This document shows, piece after piece, positions 22,141 to 33,683 of a stretch of 64,000 nt of DNA. Source of the stretch: Mytilus californianus (Eukaryota); contig NW_026262593.1 of the NCBI RefSeq assembly GCF_021869535.1, positions 46,996,001 to 47,060,000 on the forward strand, in the 5' to 3' direction. The notes under the pieces are model-generated. The model saw only the letters and a list, made by a program, of their open reading frames with translations. It had not been told where the DNA came from and did not search any database. How positions within the stretch are numbered: position 1 is the stretch's first letter; every line of letters begins with the position of its first letter. The position numbers and the translations under genes are program-made.

Positions 22141-22223
22141 CTTGAAAACTTCATTTATGCGAATGTCATACATCTTTTTGTTGTCTTGTGTAAGGTTACT
22201 ACTCTGGACAGTTCCCCTGAAAA
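22141..22223 (-). CDS. TIMP-like protein, coding exon 3
   Basis: Acceptor TTGCAG at 22225-22224 (phase 1), donor GTAATT at 22140 (phase 0). (V)FRGTVQSSNLTQDNKKMYDIRINEVFK matches TIMP VIRAKV...YxIKxxKxFK. Confidence 0.8.
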
Positions 22224-22439
22224 CTGCAATGAAAATCACGATAGATATCTTAGCAAACTAATTAACCTGTACTTAGGACATCTCAGTTTTTTTCTATAAA
22301 ATCGAAATTAATAAGATAATTGATAACTTTTCGTTTAAATAAGAGAATTAAAAAAATCTGTTATTATAGTAATATCTATAATTTACCGTAGTCTTTTTAG
22401 AAGTATTGATATCTGTAGTCAGGGTTTGTGTTATTAAAA

Positions 22440-22720
22440 AAAAGATAATGTTGGATGTAACACGTCTTCTGATTGGCTAAAAGTTTTTATCTGTCAGCTC
22501 ATAGACATAATAGTTTTGTCATGTGACCGTGACGTCATCAACATTTTTTCATGATTTACTCCTTACAAATGGAACTTAGAATTAAATTATAAGGAATGAC
22601 CTAAAATATGTGGTGCACACTTTTTAATAACCCGTTACGCGGGTTATTCAGTGTGCACCACATTTTTGATGTTATTTCTTGATAGACAGTAAATTTTTTA
22701 CAGTCATTCCTTAAAGAATT
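22440..22720. mobile_element. MITE-like repeat remnant containing a TGACGTCA palindrome
   Basis: Internal inverted repeats (TGTGGTGCACAC / GTGTGCACCACA, ATAACCCG / CGGGTTAT). Boundaries approximate. Confidence 0.4.
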
Positions 22721-22770
22721 TGTTCTGTATCTTCTTCCTGTTATTTTTACCATGCATACAAATTACGTAC

Positions 22771-22918
22771 CTAGATTATTTAATCCACAGAACTCAAACT
22801 GTGGTATAAATAGATCATCCATCCAATCGGAGACTGAACAGGATTTGCCATTTGAACAATGTATAAATATATACAAAACCAAAACAATCCCAGAGCATTT
22901 CCTCTTCAAAAATAACTC
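22771..22918 (-). CDS. TIMP-like protein, coding exon 2 (signal peptide and N-terminus)
   Basis: Acceptor at 22920-22919 (phase 0), donor G|GTACGT at 22770 (phase 1). ELFLKRKCSGIVLVLYIFIHCSNGKSCSVSDWMDDLFIPQFEFCGLNNL gives a hydrophobic signal then C...PQxxFC as in TIMP CxC...PQxxFC. Confidence 0.8.
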
Positions 22919-23490
22919 CTTTAAAATATGGACAAAATAAAATATACAATGAACATCGCTATCGTTTCCCGTTCTATTGTCGGACTGCAGGCGTCAGGGT
23001 ATTCAATTTTCAAAGGGAAAGAAATATTAAATTATCTTATCCTTAATGTACAATTAAGAAGTCATTGTCCACGTTCGTGCAATTCCGTCGAAACAAGATC
23101 GTACAATTTCGTTGACTAATTATATAATACTAAAATACTAAAATTGTCGAGCTGATTCTTAATACTATCTCAGAAAAGTTGAATATTCTTCATTGGTAGA
23201 AATCTATAATGACGATAAATGTTCTTGCTTTCCTCTGGTCATGCTATTGTGACGTCACGAAAAAGGCAACCATGCCTGATAACGTCTCACAGAAAGAATC
23301 TTAAGTTTTTGCAGATCATTGAGAAAAAAAATAAATATTAAGTTTAGTTTGCCATCGTCTAAAACCACTCGTCTTAAGACATCAACAGATTCTGCCAATG
23401 TACGATATTTCTTCTTTCAAGATAGGCAAACTTTTAAATTACTATAAAACACGACGTTATAAAAGTTATACGCGTAACAAAAGGTCTTAC

Positions 23491-23493
23491 CAT
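23491..23493 (-). CDS. TIMP-like protein, probable ATG-only first coding exon
   Basis: ACAATG|GTAAGA on the minus strand is phase 0 and supplies the Met missing from exon 2. Confidence 0.55.
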
Positions 23494-23809
23494 TGTATTA
23501 TTATCAAATTATCACAAGAAGTAGTCCCTTACTTTTAAATTTATAATATTTGGGTAGTTGACATAAAAAAGAACATGTCAGGAAGGATGTTTGCGCCCAT
23601 TACATCAAACGGATATCCACAGGATAAATTACATACATGTACAGTAACTGTTGATAACTCGCTTTAATATATTAACAACACTCATTATGATTTTTTTAAT
23701 AGAAATTTTTAAATGGCCTGTGTTTTACACCATTAATAAAATATTTTTCAGATTGAAAGTAATGATCTTTATAAAAATTCGGACAGAGAGTCATTATCTC
23801 CTTCTGCAC

Positions 23810-23934
23810 GTTTTCCTACCGAAGGTCGGTGGTTCTTTCTGGGCACTCCGACTTCCTCCACCAATAAAAACTGATCGCCACGAAATAGTCACTAGTACTG
23901 AAAGTGGCGTTAAACACCAATCAATCAATCAATC
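23810..23934 (+). mobile_element. tRNA-SINE fragment with V-domain-like core and (AATC)n tail
   Basis: GGTCGGTGGTTCTTTCTGGGCACTCCGACTTCCTCCACCAATAAAAACTG...AACACCAATCAATCAATC. Related copies at 57620-57821 (+) and 60890-61100 (-). Confidence 0.6.
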
Positions 23935-26900
23935 CTCCTGCACGTCCGTTTTTTCTCTCCTGTGGAACCTTTTTGTGTAACATCCCCTTTTATGTTTAAC
24001 TGACGACAGAATGATTGCATACCATTTGTAGATGCGCAATCAGCTTTAATCCGATAGATGACATAAAATGTATATGTCTGTGTCTATTCTATCTGATATA
24101 AACTCAATAAAATTGAGAATGGAAATGGGGAATATGTCAATGAGACAACAACCCGACCAAAGAGTTCAAGTTCATTAAGACAAGGTCATGTTAATGATGT
24201 CTTTATACTAGACCCATGCCATTGGATGTTGGATGTGTACTGATTGATATTTAAGTCTTAGATACATGATCTTTTATTACTTGTTATTGGCTTTGAACTA
24301 CCTTTCAGTAACTGCGAGTACTCTCAGGTCTGTACTTTGTGTCTTTTGTGTTTTTGTTAGTTGTTTCTGTGATTTGTATCGATCTGATGAGTTAAAAGAC
24401 TTTTTCAACTATTTTTTATAATTTGTTTAAATGCAGTTCTGTTACACCACTGTCCCATGTTTAATAGGGAGAGTTGGGCACCATCAAATATGTTTAAACC
24501 CGCCGCAATTTGTATGTGCCTGTCCTAAGTCAAGAGCCTTTAATTACTTCCAAATCATTTGGTCTCTGGTGGAGAGTTGTGGCATTGACAATCATACCAC
24601 ATCTTCTTATTTTTATGATGAGTCTTCACACATTTTAAGGACCGGCAGTTTACACTTTTTTAATCAATATTTTCTTCGTATAGATTCATTGAGTAATATT
24701 GCACTATCAACACTTTCAAAGATGTATAACGAATTGAAATAGTCAACATTAATAAAGAAATAACTGCGATTCCTGGAGTTGTACTGGAATATTTACGTTT
24801 GACGTTGGTGGCTACCAAATTTATACGAGAACACATTTTGCTTACTCTGTTTATTTCTTTGTATTATTCAATAAGGTTAAACCATCTAGATTTAAATTTA
24901 TTTGGACGGTATTTTTGGCGGGCACCAATCACATACCGGACCTTCAAAGAAACGTGTGAAGAAACTAGTAACAAAGGTTCAATTAAGATAAAAGATTGTC
25001 CAAGTATATGTAAGAGAATGATAATTCCTTTTTTCGTGATTAAGTACGAGCGTTAGCGAGTACTTATCATGAAGTAAGGGATTATCATTCTCTTACAAAC
25101 TTAGAATATTGTAAAGTGCTCAAGGCTCAAATGATTTCTTGATTGGTTGCATTCAAGAATTAGTTTCATTGTCATTGCAATGTTTGTAATTGATGCATGA
25201 CTTCCTTTTTCGGCATTTCATTTATGGATTAGTTTTAGTGATGTAAGGACTTTCTTATAATTTGGGAAATATAAAAAAAAATGAGTTATAGACATTAGGT
25301 TACACAACAGTACAAAGAAAAAGTAGGAATTGTATATGTTTCCTGATTGTGAGTAAGACTGTAAATCATGTAATATTTTAGTGAGGAACTATCTACTGTT
25401 TATTTACAGTTTAAATCAATAAATACTTTTGAGTTACAACTAATTTTATTTCACAGGCAATATTTTGGTCCGGCTTTGTAAATCAAATACTATTTCATTC
25501 AGTCAGGGGAATGTTCAAATAAAATGCCATTTAAAGTATTAAACATATTCAAAATTTAAATTAATTCCTGTTTTATTTTTTTTTATTTTATCGGAATATT
25601 CTTCAAAACCGCTGGTCCAGTAATCAGAGTTTGGGAAACTAAATAATTAGGTTATTTTTTATTTAATTTTTTTTTCTTTTTTTGCATTGCTTTGATATTA
25701 TTCAATTTTTTAGTAATTTGAAGATATTAATATTTTCATAATAAAATTAAAGGTACCAATTTTACTGCACCAATAAATTTCAACTTATTTTGATTTTTTT
25801 GTTTGTTTCACAATTCAACTTTTAGTCAGTTTCAATCACTGTGTGATAAATCCTTTCAATCTGATAAATGTGCTTCGGGGCAGTTGTAACTCATTTATAG
25901 AAACTCTTTGTTTTGAACTGTAAATAGACCTAAATAATAGGATAATCCTTTACTAAGAACATGATTTACATTCATTCTTCACAATTAAGAGACAACAAAT
26001 CCTACAATTTCATTGGTCGAGAGCACTTTGCTATATTCTAAATCAATATTAGATGGTATGATTGCCAATGAGACAACTATCCAACAGAGTTAAACGTAAG
26101 TTGTAGTACGCAATTAAAGGCCAACGTACGGCCTTCAAAATTAGAAAATTCCATACCGTATAGTCGTATATAAAAGGCCCCGACATGAAAAATGTTAAAC
26201 AATTCAAAAGAGAAAACTTATGGCCTAATTTATAACAAAACAATTTCCGAAAAACAAATTTGACAGAAATGAACCAACGAAAACCACCGTGTTGAATCTG
26301 TCTTTCTATTTTTTGTAGTTTAAGTGATTTGTTTTATTTGTCTTTTGATTTTTTTTTAAGTGTTTATAATTTGTGTCGTGTTTTGTCTTGGTTCCAGAAA
26401 TTTTGATATTTTTGGCGTCTCATCAGTTTTCTTTGATGGAGACTGATACAGGTGTATACGTATGAAAATAATCTGGTATTTATGCATTCGTTCAACATAT
26501 TCTCTTTCTTTTTAACTCGTACATGCATGTACCTTATCTGAACTTAACTCATTTTCCAGATAAAAAAAATCGGCGGAATTTTTTAAACAGACGAATACAA
26601 ATCCATAGAGTAGTTTATTCTTACAGTATATGAGAGATACAAATGACATTAAAGACTTATCGACAAAAGAGCAACGATTTTAGCATTGGCACGTTCTGTA
26701 GGTACACCGTGGCCAAAATACCGTATCGTCCTCTCCCCAACCCCTTAAATAGAATGAAATTTAAAAAAAAGTGCAATTCATTTGGTTTATCGAAAATGAA
26801 ATATTTAAGATAGAACTAAGCTCTAGAGTGTCGATGTAAATTCCAATGTCTTCCAAAACCAATGTTTTGAATGAAAACCAATGTCAAGCGTAATGAGCAC

Positions 26901-26985
26901 CATCATTTGAGAGAAGATCTTCATCTGCAGATTGGTGTGATATGATACTGATGTCTGTTCATCTCCCATTTTAATTGATTCTAAA

Positions 26986-27176
26986 TTACATTTGACCTTT
27001 TTTGTCCGCAGTTTTACATTTTAGTCCTTTGTCAAGTTTGTAGTTTTCATTGTGATATTGATTTTTGTATAAACATTCCACTAGAGCTTTATCACATTCA
27101 CAGATTCGTCTTGGACAGTTTTCATTGCGCTTGAATAAAATAGATGTGCTTTTACTTTTGACCTTTTTCGTTTGAT
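26986..27176 (-). CDS. Secreted phospholipase A2, last coding exon
   Basis: Acceptor CACAG at 27178-27177 (phase 1). (D)QTKKVKSKSTSILFKRNENCPRRICECDKALVECLYKNQYHNENYKLDKGLKCKTADKKGQM*, containing the CECD motif (Asp99 equivalent). Confidence 0.9.
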
Positions 27177-27379
27177 CTGTGAAAAAAAAGATATATTTCA
27201 ATAATAACATTGCATAGATGTTACATATTCTGTAATTTTGATTTGCAGACAATATTGGCGAGACATTCCAAAATTAAGTTTTATTTCCACAAAAATTGCA
27301 ACAACTATAATTAAACGTTCTCTCCATGACATGGCTACAACAATGCATCTATAGGAAAATAACTAAAAGCTTGATTTAA

Positions 27380-27780
27380 GGTGGTACCAAACACCTTGAC
27401 TAGAATTAATTTGGCTTGTTTAATTTTCATAAAATTTTGACAAAATATTTAATTTGACCCTTTGATAAAAATATAAAAATTTCAAAAGAATTGAATCACA
27501 CACTTTATGGGAAAAAATTCATTGGATACATAGCATTTGGATGTAAATGTATCGGTTGCAGTCGTTATATTTCACTTTTCAGAAATACAAAAATAAACTA
27601 ACCGAATAGGCAAAGAAATGATTAAAGTCATTAGATATCTGCTGGAAAATATTCATATTCGTTTTTGACAAATACTAATTTTGATCATTGAGAAGCTTAA
27701 TATTTCCTTAACAAAAGAACGTGATTAAAACGTTCGGCTGATTTTTACAGAGTTATTTCCCTGTAGTGTTATGTACCACC
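27380..27780. mobile_element. MITE with TTAA target-site duplication (Kolobok/piggyBac-type)
   Basis: TTAA at 27376-27379 and 27781-27784. TIRs GGTGGTACCAAACAC / GTGTTATGTACCACC match at 13 of 15 positions. Confidence 0.8.
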
Positions 27781-28444
27781 TTAAGTCATAAATTCATGGG
27801 TACAGCATACAAATGTTTTTATAAGAATTTGATTTATATAAAGGTACAGGTACAGTTATAATTGCATGCTTTAAGTTGGGATGCAAGAACATTCAAGCAG
27901 AAATGTTGATCTGTGTGATCGGTTTAATTAAGAATTGAAAGCTTTTTTTTTTAAATTTAATAGGGGCGAAAATGTGTGTGATATTGAAAAAGTCATATCA
28001 TATAACTAAAATAGAAGTTTTCACGTGACACGAAGTAATACAGAGAAGGGGTTTGATAAAGCATTTGCAACCATGACTGATATGACGGATGGCTGATAAA
28101 GAACGTTTGCCATTGGTTGTATTAAATATTAAGTATGTAATAAAGATTATTATTGCAATTATGTGCTCTTTTTAAAAAAAATATTTGGAAATATATATAA
28201 TAATTGTTTAAGGCCGAATGCATACCTTTAGATGATTTTGTTCTCAGTTAATCTTTTAGTTTATTTTGTAGTTGTCATAATAAAGGTACGCCCTGTATCT
28301 CTCTTTAATTTAATATATGATGCATGTCGATATGTGGTGCAATTCGACCTTCATAAAAATTATTTAGCTAAACGAGTAAATTATCGGCTGTCTTTTGCTT
28401 GGAAGAAAAAAGAGATATAAAATCAACACAATCATGGTACGTAC

Positions 28445-28560
28445 CAAGACAATCAACTGTTTTATCCATGATGTTCCATTTGTAGTGGTTCCATTTTGGT
28501 GAGCAGTCCGGAAGGTCTGTTGTTACTTGACCGTAGCAGTCATCATGTTGTTGACAGCAT
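28445..28560 (-). CDS. Secreted phospholipase A2, coding exon 4 (catalytic His-Asp)
   Basis: Acceptor TTTAG at 28562-28561 (phase 2), donor G|GTACGT at 28444 (phase 1). CCQQHDDCYGQVTTDLPDCSPKWNHYKWNIMDKTVDCL contains the CCxxHDxCY signature. Confidence 0.95.
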
Positions 28561-29281
28561 CTAAAACAGTGTTATCGTCAGAGTTTTATTGCGTTTACAT
28601 TTCTTAAGGTTTTGTCTAATGAAGGAACATTTTGTAACGTTCAAGTATGGTGAAAAACTGTAAAATAATCAATTATCAAACATAAAACATGTCCGTTTTT
28701 ATTTTAGATTTCTACCACCGGTAACGTAGGTGCAATATGTAAAATAGAGCTGTTAGCTTTTAAGAGCACATGCCGTTCTAACCTATTCATCTACTGGTAT
28801 CATTGACAGGTTGTGTTGTTTAAGTACTTAATTTTACTCTTATTGTTCTGATTTAGTGAACCAATACGAAGAAAATATATTGAATCATTATATAAATATT
28901 GCAATTAAGCAACCTATGAATACCAAACTAAATAAGATATAGTTTACTCTAAGAATTGTGTAGATTGAATGATTTCCGTCGTCTATATTCTAAAAGGTAG
29001 TCATAATTACTATACGAATCAAATTTATACACGTCTTAACAAATGTTTGTTACGACTTATTTAAATACGTTATGTATTTGCTCATAAAATGTTGAATAGG
29101 TGGTTGGTTTTTTAAATTTGTCTGCAATTATCTTGATAAAAATTTAATTTCAATATAGTCAAAAACCGTAAACCATACTAAAATTAGTTAAATGTATCTG
29201 ATGTTAAATGTTTGAAATTGGCATTTCCAATAAAAAAAAATTAATTTCATCTACCGGTATTTATAAGAAACTAATCTTAAT

Positions 29282-30118
29282 TCTGAGGATTCTCGCCCTG
29301 AATATACATGACATATTTCAGCAAATAACAGTTACTCAGATGTTCCATAACAATACACCCTAAACTGAAGACTCAGTTACTCAAATATCCCATAACAATC
29401 AACACTTTTCTAAGAACTCAGTAACTCAAATATTCCGTGATAATCCACCATATTTTATGGACTCAGTTACTCAGATATTCCATGACAATCAACCATATTC
29501 TTTAGACTCAGTTACTCAGATATTTCATGACAATCAACCATATTACTCAGATATTCCACATCAATCAATCCTATTCTGAGAGTACAGTTACTCATATATT
29601 CTATAACAACCAACTCCATTCTGAGAACTCAGTTACTCAGTTACTCAAATATTCAAAAACAATCAACCCAATTCTGAGGACTCAGCTACTCAGATATTCT
29701 ATAATACTTAACCGTATTCTGAGGACTCAGTTACTCAGATGTTCCATGACAATCTATCCTATTCTGATGACTCAATAACTCAGATATTCTATAACAATCA
29801 ACCCTATTCTGAGGACTTAGTTTCTCGGATATTCCAGAACAATCAACCCTATTCTGAGGACTCAGTTATAAGTACTTAGATATTCCATAACAGTCAACCT
29901 TATTCTGAGGATTCACTTACTCAGATATTCCATAACAGTCAACCTTATTCTGAGGACTCAGCTACTCAGATATTCTATAAAAGTCAATCCTATTTCCATT
30001 CTAGGAACTAAATTACTCAGATATCCCATAACAATCTTCTCTATTTTAAGGACTCAGTCATTTGATATTCCATAACAATCTACTGTATGCTGAAGACTCA
30101 GTTACTCATATATTCCAC
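29282..30118. repeat. 45-bp minisatellite, about 18 degenerate copies, intronic in the PLA2 gene
   Basis: Consensus CTGAGGACTCAGTTACTCAGATATTCCATAACAATCAACCCTATT. The period of 45 is verified at 29721/29766/29811. Confidence 0.9.
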
Positions 30119-30144
30119 ATCTTTATTCATTATTCTCTCCTCAC

Positions 30145-30283
30145 CTGTCATCTTTATCCACAGGGGTTCCACTACCTCCCCATCCACAGTAACATCCATA
30201 TCCATTGAAGTTGAGTGGATCTCTTCCTGTGGTATCTACTATCATCTCGGCTAGCTGGAACAAATCTCGTTTCACTCTCAGCC
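30145..30283 (-). CDS. Secreted phospholipase A2, coding exon 3 (propeptide, N-terminal helix, Ca2+-binding loop)
   Basis: Acceptor TTTCAG at 30285-30284 (phase 1), donor AG|GTGAGG at 30144 (phase 2). [45 protein letters not shown](R), with the YGCYCGxGG loop. Confidence 0.95.
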
Positions 30284-31483
30284 CTGAAAGTAATCGGAAA
30301 CATCATTCCTGACTCTATCATTTTGAAACAGGATTTTTATCTCTTAGTTTTTCTTTAAATGATGCATTGCTAAGAAACATGAGAGTAAGTATTAGAGAAT
30401 TTATATTTCTATTCTACCTTTTTTTTGTACAAACTACTTTAAACAACCTTTTTCAATACAAGGAGAATGGAATGAATACAATTGGATAAAGAAATCGATG
30501 CTAGAACCGGCTGTTAATTCTTTGTTACTTCCAAAGAACACATTTATTCGTCTAGAAAACCACTCACGAATTGTTTTTTTTTTAACATTGTAAGCCTCTA
30601 TTAAGTTGAACTTACTATAAAGAACATATGGTATAATACAAATTAGACAACTATCATCCAAATACAGAAAGGACAGAAGTTTAACATCTTCAGGTTACCA
30701 TACGATGAGCAAATGGTCAAACTCCATATCTTACAATGAAATATAAAAAGCCCGGGATAAACAAATGTTAAACAATTAATCAGATAAAACCAACGTACTT
30801 AATCTAGATTAAAAACAATAAATAGAAATTAATTATGACAGACAGACAGCAACCAAGGACCACCTCTTGATTACGGATGCCTGGCTTTTGACGGACACAT
30901 GTAGACTGTGACGGAGTTTACCACATTTTTAGAGTTTAACCATCTTTCTTACCTATGATAGTGGTGTAATAGTATAATAATAGAGCACACTGTACAAATA
31001 TACGGCTAGACTCATCTAATCGGTACTAAGCACAAAAGACACAAATAACTGATCTAAGAGTGCTCGTAGTTACTGAAAGGTAGTACAAATTCCTAACTTC
31101 AACAAATAAATAAACCATGTTTTCAGTAACCCAAATAATTCAGTCCCTCCCATATGATCGACTCTCCCACTCAGAATGTAGTCATCGTGGAGCAGTGGAA
31201 TATAACGACTTATATTCGGTATACATGTACCTCTAATGGATTCAGAAAAGACATCATAAGCAGTCTTTAAAATTAATTGACCTAGTACAATACAAAAATA
31301 TCATTCTTGACAGATATATGTCTTGAATGTATAAGTGTTACTAACTGGATAGTAATAAGTTTATATCTTATAGAAGGTTATAAAAGGAATACTGCGATAC
31401 TGAGATCCTTGCTATCCTTTTTTTAGTGTCTATGAAAATTATGTTAAAGGTCTATAAACCAATAAATAATTAACCTTATTTAC

Positions 31484-31547
31484 CTTCAACTAAACCAAGA
31501 ATGACTACAAACAGCGCCACCTGGACAGTCATCATAACTTTCAAAAC
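31484..31547 (-). CDS. Secreted phospholipase A2, signal-peptide exon
   Basis: Acceptor TTATAG at 31549-31548 (phase 0), donor G|GTAAAT at 31483 (phase 1). VLKVMMTVQVALFVVILGLVE(G). Confidence 0.8.
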
Positions 31548-33680
31548 CTATAAGTAAAAGAAACATACAGTTAGTTCAAGCACCTGTTACAACTTTAGTA
31601 TGTTGTTTTTAACTGTATCTTCATTTACATGGGAATATAAAACATGGTGAATTCAAATCAATTCACATCATATGTTGCATGAAACATCCATTTTATATTA
31701 AAGATATTGGGAAGTCTCACTTAAGTCGTCTTTTTTTTTTTTTATTTTTATTTTTTTTAGAAAAGAGCAAGAATAAAATTGATTAAATAAGTGAAATTAA
31801 ATGGTATTTCACTAAAAAAATTTAACACACCGAAAAAAATGAGAAATGTGGGGGAGGCGTTCCATGTCCAAAGCGCCTATGGTTTTCTGTGTTACATGTA
31901 CTTGTTCAAAATACGCCATTTTAAGTACATGTACAAATGTATGAACATCAGATTGTACAATGGCATTTGAAGCTGTGCTGAGGCGAATTTTTGTACAGTT
32001 TGATTACACTTTAAAAAAAAGTTTGATATATAGAAATTATTCATTTGTTCAAAGAAGATAGCGCTAGTATATTAGTAAATACTTACAATATACATGCAGT
32101 TTTATAGAAGGAAATACACAATGTACACACGTTACAAGATTACGTTTTATTCAATCTTGCTGAAACCGTCTAATCCTATTAAATTTTGATACACGTCACA
32201 ACCGAAAATTTAAGTAATCTTAAAATTGAACGTCCTGGTTTGGTCACCATTTGACGAATGTTTAAATGCACAAATAAATAAAAACAGGAACAAATATTAT
32301 TTAATTAGTCACACTAACTTTTGTTTCTGAAACAATGTGTTTCCGTGTGATAACAATTAAACAACTTTAAGTATAACATGTACTAGTGAACTAACTGTTG
32401 TGTAATATAAAAATGTTATAGATCTGACGACACATGATTTGCATTTTTAATTATTAATTGACAGTAATGAAGATACATTTGCATTTTAATTAATACATTC
32501 ATAAAAAGAATTTTACACACTAAGGACATCCTTTTCAACTCTAATTTGCACTTCAATTATAAATTTAACAAAAAGACTTCCGCGTAAACCGAACTCTTTT
32601 TTTTTAATATAAATTATGCTTTTGTTTAGTTAATATTGAGTACATAATATTTATACATGTAATGCAATAATACAATAAAAACATGTGCAAATAGTTGTAG
32701 CCAGAAGCTAGATATAGATTCTGTATGAATAACAGTAATGACAATTACATATTGTGTTAATATCTCGGACAGAATGATGTATGTACATTATTTTAAAAAA
32801 TGGGTTGTAAGCATAGAACGTCCATACATACATGTACCTGAATTGTAAGACAGAGCATTTCATCAATTTGAAAATGATATATTCGGACATTATAATGAAA
32901 ATTTTATGATCATATAGTATAGGATATTAAGATATATAACTTTTTTTCATTTTGCTCCTGTTAGAATGAAAATAGTCCTACATTTATATAAATATATGTT
33001 AGAAAGGTGGCGAAACTTACTTTTCCTATTTTTTTTTCATGTATAATTGTTTGGTTTTCATCATTTTGATTTTTTATTAACCACTTTATGATGTTACCTT
33101 CAAGATTCTTTATTGAATAAAATAAGAAATTTAACATATCAGCCTAATAACCGTTGACTGATTTATTGAAAACGCGATGAATTAAAAAGAAAAGTGTTTA
33201 ACTTATTTTGGGCTTTCTTTGTGGTGGTGATATAGAGCGGGTAACTTATTTTGGGTTTTTCTTTGTGGTTGTGGTAAAGGGCGGATAACACTCCGTCTAC
33301 ATTGGTATTTAATGTATTAAACGAGAATAAAGTTAACTTTTTTCGTTGTTTTCTTCGGTCATTGATTTTAAGGTCAATATTTTCATAAATCTCTTTATAT
33401 CAAAACATCACTACTTTTCTTATATTAAATCCATACGAATGCAAATCCATATATATTCAGGAATAAGTTGTAAAGATCTGATAAAAAACAATGTTTGCAT
33501 ACAGTTAAATATGACTGTGTTCATTGATCCGAATGGTAACCATTGCTTGATAATTGTGGGTTCCCGGTTTTCTTTTTAAAATATATTCAAATGGCTACTA
33601 CATGAAATAAAATTGTAATAGAATAATTCAAGATTTATTTTTTTCAACAACACATTTAACATGTACTAATAAATACTTAC

Positions 33681-33683
33681 CAT
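33681..33683 (-). CDS. Secreted phospholipase A2, possible ATG-only first coding exon
   Basis: ATAATG|GTAAGT is phase 0 and compatible with the signal exon. An internal Met in that exon is an alternative start. Confidence 0.45.

Noticed and set aside
29282-30118. Regular repeat as a CRISPR array or repeat-protein ORF (29527-29778)
   Set aside because: No unique spacers, eukaryotic intronic context, and multiple stops across units.
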